Shown in pieces: positions 1 to 11,300 of a DNA stretch of 64,000 bases; position 1 is the stretch's first letter; the number at the start of each line of letters is the position of its first letter. A program made the position numbers and the translations under genes. The notes below the pieces were generated by a model that saw only the letters and a program-made list of their open reading frames with translations, had not been told where the DNA came from and did not search any database. Source of the DNA: an uncultured Clostridia bacterium (GTDB lineage: Bacteria > Bacillota > Clostridia > TANB77 > CAG-508); NCBI GenBank assembly GCA_944387425.1, contig CALXEV010000002.1, positions 13,673 through 77,672 of the forward strand, written 5' to 3'.

Positions 1-1
1 A

Positions 2-421
2 AGAAAATGTTTAATAGAATTTGGAGCAAATCATGAAGGAACAGCATGGACAGACCCTGATTTAGGAAGATTTTCTGAAATATATAACACAGATGGAAAT
101 AAATATTGGATAGCTGAAGATGAAAACAAAAAGATTGTTGGTGGAGTTGGAATAGGAAAGCTAAGAGGAATAGACGAAGTTTGTGAATTACAAAAAATGT
201 ATTGTTTGCCAGAAGTAAGAGGAACAGGAATATCACATAAATTAATTGAAACAGCAATAGAATATGCAAAGAAATATTATAAAAAATGTTATTTAGAGAC
301 ATTAGAAAATATGGTTGCAGCTCAAAGGTTTTATGAAAAATATGGATTTAAAAGAATAGCTCATCCGCTAGTGCAAACAGGACATTTTGCATGTGATGTT
401 TGTTATATTAAAGAACTATGA
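2..421 (+). CDS. GNAT family N-acetyltransferase; the 5' end lies outside the window
   Basis: The frame is open from nt 2. The translation ...NKKIVGGVGIGKLRGIDEVCELQKMYCLPEVRGTGISHKLIETAIEYAKK...RFYEKYGFK shows the GNAT acetyl-CoA binding pattern (RGxGxx). The track ORF 197..421 is only the C-terminal part. Confidence 0.8.
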   Translation, partial: RKCLIEFGANHEGTAWTDPDLGRFSEIYNTDGNKYWIAEDENKKIVGGVGIGKLRGIDEVCELQKMYCLPEVRGTGISHKLIETAIEYAKKYYKKCYLETLENMVAAQRFYEKYGFKRIAHPLVQTGHFACDVCYIKEL

Positions 422-448
422 AAGAAGATAAAAATATCTTCTTTTTTT
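422..448 (+). terminator. Rho-independent terminator after the GNAT gene
   Basis: A 9-bp stem, aagaagata (422-430) pairing with tatcttctt (435-443), has an aaaa loop and is followed by a T-run. Confidence 0.75.
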
Positions 449-515
449 AATTATTAATAATTTATTAAACCACTTTCCAAAAAACTTTCAATATTGTAAT
501 ATAATAGTAATAAAA

Positions 516-601
516 TTGTCAATAAGGTAGGGAAAAAACAATTGTCATAAAGGTTCATCCCGATGACAAAAATTTGCCATTAAGGTACGTCCCCGTGACA
601 A
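516..601 (-). repeat. Three tandem copies of the module-1 hairpin repeat: one half copy, one degenerate copy and one good copy
   Basis: The copies are ttgtcaataaggtaggg (516-532), ttgtcataaaggttcatcccgatgacaa (542-569) and ttgccattaaggtacgtccccgtgacaa (574-601). The last is near-identical to the copies at 1300 and 31437. Confidence 0.8.
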
Positions 602-617
602 AAAACAGGAGCAAAAA

Positions 618-1262
618 ATGAACAAGAGAACTATAAAAAGAGAATTAATAACAATATTTTGGATATTTATAATAGGCAGTATATTAGGTTATATTTTTGA
701 AATGACTGTAGTGTTATTTCAAAAAGGACATTTTGAAACAAGACAAGGTTTAATATATGGACCATTTATACCGGTATATGGAATTGGAGGAATAGTATAT
801 TACATATTGTTAAGTCAAATAGAGACCAGAAATAAAGTTAAAATATTTTTTATAACTATGGTCTTAGGAGGAGTTACCGAATACATTAGTTCTTATGTAC
901 AAGAAAAAGTGTTTGGTACAATATCTTGGGATTACACATATATGCTATTTGATATAAATGGAAGAACAAGTTTACTACATTGCACATATTGGGGAATTGC
1001 AGGTGTAATATATGTTTCTTTTATAGAACCAGGTATAAAAAAATTGAAAGAGCATACAGAAAATCCAAGCCTACAAGTAATGACTTTAGTTTTAGTGATT
1101 TTTATGGTATTTGATATAAACATATCTTGCCTTGCATCTACAAGACAAGCAAATAGAAGAAAAAACATTCCACCTCAAAATAAAATAGATGTATTTTTAG
1201 ATAAACATTATCCTGATGAATATATGAATTCAATTTATACAAATATGAAAGTTAAAAATTAG
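618..1262 (+). CDS. Polytopic membrane protein, resembling the 'putative ABC-transporter type IV' (DUF1113) family
   Basis: The 214-aa ORF has an RBS (aggag) upstream and several hydrophobic helices. The N-terminal pattern FxIGSxLGYxxExxxxxxxxGxFxxRxGxxxGPFxPxYG fits that family from memory. Confidence 0.6.
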   Translation: MNKRTIKRELITIFWIFIIGSILGYIFEMTVVLFQKGHFETRQGLIYGPFIPVYGIGGIVYYILLSQIETRNKVKIFFITMVLGGVTEYISSYVQEKVFGTISWDYTYMLFDINGRTSLLHCTYWGIAGVIYVSFIEPGIKKLKEHTENPSLQVMTLVLVIFMVFDINISCLASTRQANRRKNIPPQNKIDVFLDKHYPDEYMNSIYTNMKVKN

Positions 1263-1299
1263 CTTAAAAAACTAATTGTATCAACTATTAATAATAAAT

Positions 1300-1327
1300 T
1301 TGCCACTAAGGTACGTCCCCGTGACAA
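1300..1327 (-). repeat. Module-1 hairpin repeat copy
   Basis: The sequence ttgccactaaggtacgtccccgtgacaa differs by 1 nt from the copies at 574 and 31437. Confidence 0.85.
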
Positions 1328-1404
1328 AAAATTAGTCATAACTTTAGTACAACCCACATAAAATTGAAAAGGTCAACAAAAACAATACAAAGGAGAGAAA
1401 GTTT

Positions 1405-4008
1405 ATGTGGGAAATTTTGAAAAAGGAAGATGTGCTAAAGAAAATAGGCTCTAACGAAAAAACAGGTCTTGGAAGAAGAGATATAAAACAGCGAAAGCAA
1501 AAATACGGCTTAAACAAATTAGAAGACAAGCCACAAGAAAGCTTGCTAGTAAAATTTATTAAACAATTTGATGATTTTATGATAATTATTCTAATTGTTG
1601 CCTCAATAATATCTGCAGGAGTTTCTTATATACAAGGAGAAAATGACTATGTTGATTCAATTATCATAATTGCTATAGTTATTTTAAATGCTCTTATGGG
1701 TGTAATACAAGAAGCTAAAGCAGAAAAAGCAATTGAATCATTAAAAAAGATGACGCCACCTAAAGCAAAAGTATTAAGGGAAAGTGTAACAACAGAAATT
1801 AATGCAGAAGATTTAGTTCCAGGAGATATTATAATATTAGAAGCGGGAAATTATGTCCCTGCTGATTGTAGACTATTAGAAACTCATAATTTAAAAATTG
1901 AAGAATCAAGTTTAACAGGAGAAACAGAACCTGTTGAAAAAAATGCAGATATAATTTGCAAACAAAATGTACCACTAGGAGATAAGCTCAATATGGCATT
2001 TATGGCAAGTATTGTTGTAAATGGTCATGCAAAAGCAGTTGTTACAGAAATAGGAATGAACACAACTGTTGGAAAAATAGCAAATATGATGCTTCAAGAT
2101 GAAGCTCCAGAAACTCCAATCCAAAAAAAGCTAGAGCAAGTAGGTAAAATACTTGGAATATTATGCCTAGTAATATGTGTTATAATATTTGCTATTGGAC
2201 TAATAAATAAAATAGAACCAATTGAAATGTTTATGACATCAGTTGGGTTGGCAGTAGCTGCAATACCAGAAGGACTTCCTGCTATAGTAACAATTATGTT
2301 ATCTATAGGAGTAACAAAAATGGCAAAAAACAACTGCATAATTAGAAAACTTCCAGCTGTTGAAACATTAGGAAGTAGTAGGGTAATTTGCTCAGATAAA
2401 ACTGGTACATTAACACAAAATAAGATGACAGTTGTAGAAATAAAAGCAAGAGATGCTGATTTAACAAGTGAACTTAGCTGTATGTGTACAGACTGTGAGA
2501 TTATTCGTAAAAGAGGAAAATTAGAAATAAATGGTGAACCAACAGAAATTGCATTAGTTCAAAACGCTTTAAACAGGAACAAAAATAAAACAGAATTAGA
2601 ACAAAACATGCCAAGAGTAGAAGAAATACCATTTGATTCAAATAGAAAAATGATGACAACTATTCATAAAAAAGAAAATAAATATCTTGTTATAACAAAA
2701 GGTGCGCCAGATGTTCTAATAGAAAAATGTAAATTAACATTTGATGAAAAAAGAAAAATCCAAAGAGAAAATATGCAAATGGCAGAAAAGGCTTTAAGAG
2801 TAATTGCTGTATCATACAAAGAATTAGATTTTCTACCTATAAAGATAGATTCTCAAACAATTGAAAATAATTTGAATTTTGTTGGATTAGTAGGAATGAT
2901 AGATCCTCCACGAGAAGGAGTTAAAGAAGCGGTTAAAACATGTAAACAAGCAGGAATAAAAACAGTTATGATAACAGGTGACCACATAGAAACAGCAAAA
3001 GCTATAGCAAAACAACTTGATATATTAGGAGTAAAAGATAAAGCAATAACAGGTCAAGAGTTGGATAGAATTTCACAAGAAAGATTAGAAAAGGAAATTA
3101 GTTTATATTCAGTATTTGCGAGGGTTACACCTGAGCATAAAGTTAGAATAGTAAAAGCGTGGCAGAAAACAGGTGCAGTTGTTGCAATGACTGGTGATGG
3201 CGTAAATGATAGCCCAGCATTAAAAAATGCTGACATTGGAATTGCAATGGGAAAGAGCGGAACTGATGTGGCAAGAAATGCATCAGACATGATTTTAACA
3301 GATGATAACTTTGTAACAATTGTAAAAGCAATCAAGCAAGGCAGAAATATATATGATAATATAAAAAAAGCAATACATTTTTTAATTGCAACAAATATAG
3401 GAGAAATCATAACAATATTTATGGGCTTAATTCTTGGTTTTAAATCAACATTACTAGCAATTCAACTTTTATGGATTAATTTAGTAACAGACTCATTACC
3501 AGCAATTGCAATAGGTCTAGAGCCACCTGAAAAAGACATTATGAGAAGAAAACCTGTAAATAGTAAAAAAAGTATATTTGCAGATGGACTATGGAATAAA
3601 ATAATAATAGAGGGTATTATGCTAGGTACACTTACATTGTTATCATTTAGTATAGGAAATAAATATTATGATTTAGAAGTGGCTAGAACAATGGCATTTA
3701 TTTCACTTGGATTAATGGAACTTGTACATAGTTTTAATATTAAAAGCGAAGACTCAATATTTAAAGTTGGAATATTTGAAAATAAGTTTTTAATTGGAAG
3801 CTTTATATTAGGAGTATTTGTTCAAACAATAGTTGTTTTCATTCCAGCACTGGCAGACATATTCCAATTAGTTCAACTTACTCAAGAACAATGGCTGATA
3901 ACAATCGGAATATCACTTTTACCAATCCCATTAATGGAAATACAAAAGAAAATCCATGAAATAAGATTTGGAAAAGTAGTTTATATAAAAGAAAAGACTG
4001 CAATTTAA
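1405..4008 (+). CDS. P-type cation-transporting ATPase of the Ca2+ (PMCA/SERCA-like, P2A) type
   Basis: The 867-aa protein has the phosphorylation motif DKTGTLT, the TGES actuator motif (SLTGET), the hinge TGDGVNDSPALK and 10 predicted TM segments. An RBS (aaaggagag) lies upstream. Confidence 0.92.
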   Translation: MWEILKKEDVLKKIGSNEKTGLGRRDIKQRKQKYGLNKLEDKPQESLLVKFIKQFDDFMIIILIVASIISAGVSYIQGENDYVDSIIIIAIVILNALMGVIQEAKAEKAIESLKKMTPPKAKVLRESVTTEINAEDLVPGDIIILEAGNYVPADCRLLETHNLKIEESSLTGETEPVEKNADIICKQNVPLGDKLNMAFMASIVVNGHAKAVVTEIGMNTTVGKIANMMLQDEAPETPIQKKLEQVGKILGILCLVICVIIFAIGLINKIEPIEMFMTSVGLAVAAIPEGLPAIVTIMLSIGVTKMAKNNCIIRKLPAVETLGSSRVICSDKTGTLTQNKMTVVEIKARDADLTSELSCMCTDCEIIRKRGKLEINGEPTEIALVQNALNRNKNKTELEQNMPRVEEIPFDSNRKMMTTIHKKENKYLVITKGAPDVLIEKCKLTFDEKRKIQRENMQMAEKALRVIAVSYKELDFLPIKIDSQTIENNLNFVGLVGMIDPPREGVKEAVKTCKQAGIKTVMITGDHIETAKAIAKQLDILGVKDKAITGQELDRISQERLEKEISLYSVFARVTPEHKVRIVKAWQKTGAVVAMTGDGVNDSPALKNADIGIAMGKSGTDVARNASDMILTDDNFVTIVKAIKQGRNIYDNIKKAIHFLIATNIGEIITIFMGLILGFKSTLLAIQLLWINLVTDSLPAIAIGLEPPEKDIMRRKPVNSKKSIFADGLWNKIIIEGIMLGTLTLLSFSIGNKYYDLEVARTMAFISLGLMELVHSFNIKSEDSIFKVGIFENKFLIGSFILGVFVQTIVVFIPALADIFQLVQLTQEQWLITIGISLLPIPLMEIQKKIHEIRFGKVVYIKEKTAI

Positions 4009-4026
4009 CAGTCTTTTCTATTTTTT
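3991..4026. terminator. Bidirectional terminator between the convergent ATPase and htrA genes
   Basis: A 10-bp perfect stem, gaaaagactg (3991-4000) pairing with cagtcttttc (4009-4018), is flanked by an A-run on one side and a T-run on the other. It overlaps both gene ends. Confidence 0.75.
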
Positions 4027-5133
4027 GGCTAAAGTAACTTCAAATGTTTTTGTGATATAACCACGACTAATATTAATAGAAACTTTATCTCCTGGAAGCT
4101 TTGAATAGATATATTCTTTTAATTCAATCATATTATTAATTACATTACCATCAATTGATGTAATAATATCACCAACTTGAATTCCGCTCGAAAACGCAGG
4201 ACTATTTTCAGCAATTTGTACAATATATATTCCAGAAGAATAGTTAGGGCTTGTAGAGATAAAAGGAATTACTTCTTTATCATATGCCCAAATACCAAGG
4301 AAAGCTTCATCAAAATTATTATCATTAACAAACTTTTCTATAACAGGCTTAACTACATTAATTGGAACAGCAAAACCTATACCCTCAGCAGAAGAAATCT
4401 TAACAGTATTTACACCGATTACTTCTCCATTTGGCAAAATAAGCGGACCCCCACTATTACCGGGATTGATTGAGGCATCAGTTTGAATTAAATCAGTCAT
4501 ATAAGAAACAGAATTATTTTCTTCAATTTTAATTGTTCTATTTGTAGCACTAATTATACCAGAAGTAACAGTTCGTCTAAATTCATATCCTATAGGATTT
4601 CCTATAGCATAAACAGTCTCACCTGTCTTAATCTTAGAAGAATCACCAATAGTAGCATAAGGTAAATCTGTAGCATTAATTTTTGTAAGAGACAAATCTA
4701 ATTCTGAATCACACCATACAACTGAACCTTCGTAGGTATATCCATTTTCTAATGTAATATAACAAGTGCTAAGAGTTTCTCCAGTAACATGACAATTGCT
4801 TAAAATATATCCATTACTTGATACAATTATTCCTGTACCAAGACCAAGTTCATTAATAGAACTATTTGATGAGAATATTGAATTAGAATGAGATTTTATT
4901 TTTGAAATACCAACGACACTTTGAGAAACATTTTCTACCATATTTGTTATTGATATGCTATTTTCTAAGACATTATCCACGGTTTGAGTTTGTGAAGATG
5001 TTCCTGTACGGGTTATGTTATATTCTGGAGTAACATCAATGCCTTGATATGTAGTGTAAAAATAATATGCTCCCAATACTAATCCACAAACTGATAAAAC
5101 TATGATTAAAAATTTTCCAATCTTTTTCAACAT
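4018..5133 (-). CDS. htrA: HtrA/DegP-family serine protease (trypsin-like domain plus PDZ), membrane anchored
   Basis: The protein has the catalytic GNSGGPL motif, the His/Asp context (SNCHV, DLSL), a C-terminal PDZ-like region (GIYIVQIAENSPAFSSGIQVGDIITSIDG) and an N-terminal TM anchor. The track ORF starts at GTG 5160, but ATG 5133 has a better RBS (ggtga) and gives an MLKKIGKF N-terminus. Confidence 0.88.
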   Translation of the reverse strand: MLKKIGKFLIIVLSVCGLVLGAYYFYTTYQGIDVTPEYNITRTGTSSQTQTVDNVLENSISITNMVENVSQSVVGISKIKSHSNSIFSSNSSINELGLGTGIIVSSNGYILSNCHVTGETLSTCYITLENGYTYEGSVVWCDSELDLSLTKINATDLPYATIGDSSKIKTGETVYAIGNPIGYEFRRTVTSGIISATNRTIKIEENNSVSYMTDLIQTDASINPGNSGGPLILPNGEVIGVNTVKISSAEGIGFAVPINVVKPVIEKFVNDNNFDEAFLGIWAYDKEVIPFISTSPNYSSGIYIVQIAENSPAFSSGIQVGDIITSIDGNVINNMIELKEYIYSKLPGDKVSINISRGYITKTFEVTLAKK

Positions 5134-5237
5134 ATAGATCACCAATATTAGTATGCTCACAATATAGCCAAGTTAATCTTAATAGAATAAGTTATGCAAA
5201 AATATTTCACAATAAAGAAAAATTTTCTACAAAAAAA

Positions 5238-5266
5238 TTGCAAAAAATACAAAATAATGGTACAAT
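5238..5266 (+). promoter_or_regulatory. Sigma-A type promoter for the NRPS operon
   Basis: TTGCAA (5238-5243), a 17-nt spacer and TACAAT (5261-5266), with TG at the extended -10 position. Confidence 0.6.
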
Positions 5267-5303
5267 ATGGAAGTGTAGAATATACTGAAAAAGGGTGAAA
5301 AGG

Positions 5304-8300
5304 ATGTTGGGGAAAAATTTAAATGATTTAACAAATTCCCAAAAATCAATTTGGGTAACAGAACAATACTATAAAGGCACAAGCGTAAATAATATTTGTG
5401 GAACAGCAATAATATATGAAAAAGTAGACTTTCTGATTTTAGAGAAAGCCATAAAAATTGTGTGCCAAAAACATGATAATTTTAAAACAAAACTAAAGAT
5501 AAAAGAAGATAATATACGACAAACATTTGAAGAACCTTTAAATAGTGAAATACAAATGATAAAAGTTGACAGTAAAGAAGAACTAGAAAAAAGAAGAGAG
5601 GAAATTGTAAGAAAACCTTTTGACGTAAATCAACATTTATTTAAATTCTATATTTTTAAATTTTCAAATGATTATGGGGCTTTTATGCTCAATATACATC
5701 ATTTAATTTCTGACGCGTGGACTTTAGCGCTTATTTGTAATGAAATAATCAAAACATATTCAGCAATAAAACAAAATAAAGAAGTAGAAACAAAGGCTAT
5801 ATATTCATATATAGACTATATTAATTCTGAAAAAGAATATCAACAAAGTGAAAAATATCAAAAAGATAAAAAATATTGGCTTGAAAAATATCAAACAATA
5901 CCAGAAGTTGCAAGAATTCCTGGTAGCAAATATGAGAATGATAAAATAACAAATATAAAAGGTGAAAGAACTCAATTTTCAGTAAAAAAAGATGAAATTA
6001 ATAAAATAAAAGAATACTGTAAAGAGAATAAAATTTCTTTATATAATTTCTTTATGGCAGTTTTTGCTATATATATTGCAGAAATATCAAATTTAGATGA
6101 TTTTGTTATAGGAACACCAATTTTAAATAGAACTAATTTTAAAGAAAAAAATTGTGCTGGTATGTTTATAAATGTAGCACCATTAAGAATTAATTTTAAA
6201 GAAGATATAGAATTTAAAGAATTTGTTAAAAACATTGCAATAGATAGTATGAATATGTTAAAACACCAAAAATATTCATATCAATCTTTACTTGAGGAAT
6301 TAAGAAAAAAAGACATTAACATACCTAATTTATATAATATTTTATTATCATATCAAATAACAAATACTCAAATGAGTGGAGGAGATATTAAATATAAAAC
6401 AGAATGGACATTTAATGGATGTTCAGCAAATGATTTAGACATACAAATATATGATATAAATGATACAGGGAATTTGAATATAGCATATGATTATAAAAAG
6501 AGCATTTATACAAAAAAAGATATAGAAAATTTACATAGTAGAATACTTTATATAATTAAACAAATTATTGAACAGAACAATATAAATATGCAAGATATAG
6601 AGATTATCACACCAGAAGAAAAGGAAAAAATATTAAATGAGTTTAATAATACTGAAGCCAAATATGATGAAAATGCTTTAATAATTAAATATTTTGAAGA
6701 ACAAGTGGTAAAAGAACCAAATAAAATTGCATTAATATCAAACGGAAATAAAATAACTTATGAAGAACTAAATAAAAAAGCAAATATGCTTGCCAAGTAT
6801 ATTGTAAATAGAGGAATAAAAAAAGATGATGTTATTGGTATAATGGTTAATCGTTCACCAGAAATGATAATTGGACTAATTGCAATACTAAAGTGCGGAG
6901 CAACATATTTACCTATAGACTCAGAATATCCATTAGATAGAATATCATATATGATTGAAAATAGTGAAACAAAGACAGTATTAGTAAATAATAAGACGGA
7001 AAAATTGATTCCGCAAAATTGTTCAAAAATAAATATTGAATTAAAAAATACTGAAATATATAAAGAAACAAATATTCAAAATATCAATATAGGAATAGAA
7101 ACAAATACATTAGCATATCTGATATATACATCAGGTTCTACAGGAAAACCAAAAGGAGTAAAAATAACACATAGAAATCTTAATAATTTTATAATAGGTA
7201 TGAAAAAAATTATAGACTTTAATCCAAATAAAGTCATGGTATCTGTTACAACAATTAGTTTTGATATTTTCGGATTAGAAATATGGTGTTCTCTTTCTTC
7301 AGGACAAACACTAGTGCTTGCTAATGAAGAAGAACAAAACACACCTTCATTATTAAATAAATTATGTATGGAAAACAAAGTTAATATTATACAAACAACT
7401 CCATCAAGATATTCAACTATTTTTGAAAATCCAAATAATTTAGGATTTTTAAAAAATATATCAGAAATATTGGTTGGTGGAGAAGCTATAAATAACAAAT
7501 TATTGCAAAATATGAAAAAATTTTCTAATGCAAGAATTTTTAATATGTATGGACCAACAGAAACAACAATATGGTCAACAGTAAAGGAATTGACAAACGA
7601 GAAAAAAATTACGATTGGAAAACCTATAGCAAATACGCAATGTTATATACTAAATAAAAATCATAAGGTATTACCTACAAACATAGCAGGAGAATTATAC
7701 ATTGGAGGAGATGTGTTATCAAAAGGATATTTAAAACGAGATGATTTGAATGCAGAAAAATTTATAAGATCTCCATTAAAAAAACATGAAAAGATATATA
7801 ACACAAATGATTTAGCATATTTTAAAGATAATGGTGAAATAGTACACCTTGGTAGAACAGATTACCAAGTAAAAATACGTGGATTTAGAGTTGAACTTGG
7901 AGAAATAGAAAATATTATTGAAAAGGAAAAAAGCATTACACAATGTGTTGTTGTAAAAAAGAAATTATTAAATGGACATGATGCCTTAATAGCATATTAT
8001 ACAACAAACCAAGAAAATGACGATAATAATTTAGAAAACAGGTTAAGAGAAGAATTAAACAAAGAGTTACCACAATATATGGTTCCTCAATATATTATAA
8101 AGTTGGCACAAATGCCATATACTCCAAATGGAAAAATTGATAGAAAGTCATTACCTGAACCACATATCAAAAACGAAAGAAAAGAAATTATAAAACCTAG
8201 AAATGAATTAGATAAAGAGTTAATAAAAATATTAAGTAAAATGCTACGTGTAGAAAACATTAGTATTGAAGATAGCTTGCTTGAATTAGGCGGAGACTCA

Positions 8301-11300
8301 TTAACAGCTATAACATTATCAACCAAAATACTATCAAAATATGATGTACAAGTTAGCATAAAAGATATTTTAACAAAATACAAAATAAAAGATATATCTG
8401 ATTATATTTCTGAAAACAAATCTAAAGGTAATGAAAAAATAAAAATCAAAAAAGCTCCTATACAAGAATTATATCCTTTATCAACAGCACAGAAAAGAAT
8501 CTATTATAATTCTAAAATGATAGGAGAAGAAAATATAGTTTATAATTTATCAGGAGCTATATTAGTTGAAGATATATTAGATAAAAATAAAGTAAAGGAA
8601 ATATTTGAAAAAATAATAGAAAGACATGAAATACTTAGAACATCATTTGTAGTAAAAGAAGGTGAATTGTTCCAAAAAGTAGAAGACAAATTTGATTTTG
8701 AAATACCAATATATAATGATAAGAATGAAGATATTCAAGAAATAGTTGACAATTTTTCTAAACCATTTAATTTAGAAAAAGCTCCATTAATACGAGTAGA
8801 GCTACATTACATAGATAATGCAAAAACATTATTATTGTTAGAAACTCATCATATTGTAATGGATGGAACAGGACTAAATAATTTAATAATTGAATTCAAT
8901 AGATTATATAATGGAGCAAACTTAAAGAAGATACCTATACAATATAAGGATTATGCTGTTTGGGAAAATGAGTATATTAAAAGTAAAAATATAGAAAAAT
9001 ATGAACAATATTGGCTAAATAAATTTAAAGATATTGAATTATCACAGCTAAATTTACCTTATGATTATAAATTGCCAACAAATAGAAGTTATAAAGGTGC
9101 TAAAGTTAGTAATATGATGCAAGAGGCAGACTTCATGAAAATAGAGAGATATGCTAAAAAGATAGGTGTATCACCATATATGTTCTTTATAACTACATTT
9201 TTAATTCTACTATATAAATATACTGGACAAAATGACATTACAATAGGTAGTCCAATTGCAAATAGAAATATAAATGAAACCAAAAGAATGATAGGTATGT
9301 TTGGAAATAATATAGTTGTAAGAGGAAAAATAAATTCAGATAGCACTTTCATCGACTTTCTAAATGAAATAAAAAATCAAATATTAGATGACTTATCAAA
9401 CCAACCATATCCGTTTGATATGTTAGTAAAAAAATTGAATATAAAAAATAATAGTTCTAATAATCCACTATTTGATATAATGTTCACATATCAGAACAAA
9501 GAAGAAAATATAATAGAAATAGGCGAGAAACATAGTCAAATAATAGAACTTGACAATAATATATCAAAATTTAATTTATCTATAGAAGTAAAACCTAAAA
9601 CTCATACAATTAACATAGAATATTGTACTGACTTATTCAAGGAAGATACAATAAAAAGATTGTTTATACATTATATGAACACAATTAAGAGTGTTGTAGA
9701 AGATAAAGAGATAAAAATAAAAGATATTAGCATAATTTCACAAGAAGAAAAAAATAAAATACTATATGAATTTAATAATACAAAAACAGAATATCCTAGA
9801 GACAAAACAGTAGCTCAACTATTTGAAGAACAAGCTCAAAAAACTCCAGATAATATAGCAGTTGTTTTTGATGACAAAAAGCTAACATATAGAGAATTAA
9901 ATGAGAAAGCAAATCAGTTAGCTGATTATATACTAAAACAAGATATACATAGTGGTGATGTAATTCCATTATTATTAGATAAGTCATTAGAATCTATAGT
10001 TGCAATAATAGCAATATTGAAGATTGGATGTGCTTATTTGCCAATAGATATAGGATATCCAAAAGAAAGAATAGAATATATTTTAAAAGATTCAAAAGCA
10101 AAGATTTTATTAACATCAAGAAATTTGAACTTAGAAACAAGATTACTTATAAAAACAATATATATTGACTTAGATACAGAAAATATATATTCTTCAAGTG
10201 CAAAACAAAACATTAATTATAAAGGAAATACTTCAGATTTAGCTTATATAATGTACACATCAGGCTCAACAGGAAAACCAAAAGGAGTTATGATAGAAAA
10301 TAAAAATATAGTAAGACTTGTTAAAAATACTAATTATATAGAATTTAAGAAAGATGATAAGATTTTACAAACAGGTTCAATTGTTTTTGATGCATGTACA
10401 TTTGAAATATGGGGAGCATTATTAAATGGATTAGAATTATATATAATCAAAAAAGAGGAATTATTAGATGCTGAAAAACTACATACTTATATAATAAAAA
10501 ATAAAATAAGTGTTTTATGGCTAACAGCACCATTATTCAATCAATTAACTGAAGATAATCCACATATGTTTAGAACAGTAAGATGTGCATTAACAGGAGG
10601 AGATGTCTTATCATGTAAACATATAAATATGGTAAAATCAGCTAATCCTAAACTAATTTTAATAAATGGATATGGACCAACAGAAAATACAACATTTTCT
10701 TGTTGCTTTAAAATTGATAAACAATATAAAAATTCAATACCAATCGGAAAACCAATTGCAAACTCAACATGTTATATAATGTCTAAAGATGAGAAATTGC
10801 AACCTATAGGTATTCCGGGAGAACTATGGGTTGGTGGAGATGGAGTTGGTAGAGGTTACCTAAATAATCCAGACCTAACAAAAGAAAAATTTATAGACAA
10901 TCCTTTTAATGATGGAAAGGCATATAAAACAGGAGATTTAGCAAAATGGAATGAAGATGGTACTGTAGAATTTATGGGTAGAATTGATAGTCAAATAAAA
11001 ATAAGAGGTTTCAGAGTAGAATTAAGTGAAATAACTACAGTTGTTTCTTTATATTATGGTATTAAAGAAGCATATACTATATATAAAGATATAAAAAATG
11101 AAAAGGCAATATGTACATATATCGTTTCTAAAGAAAAGATTGATACTGAAAAATTAAAAACATATATGGCAAAATTTTTACCACAATACATGATACCTAA
11201 ATATATTATTCAACTAAAAAGTTTACCTAAAAATCAAAATGGAAAAATTGATAAAAATGCATTGCCAGAAATAAAACAAAGTGTAAAAAATGAAAAAACA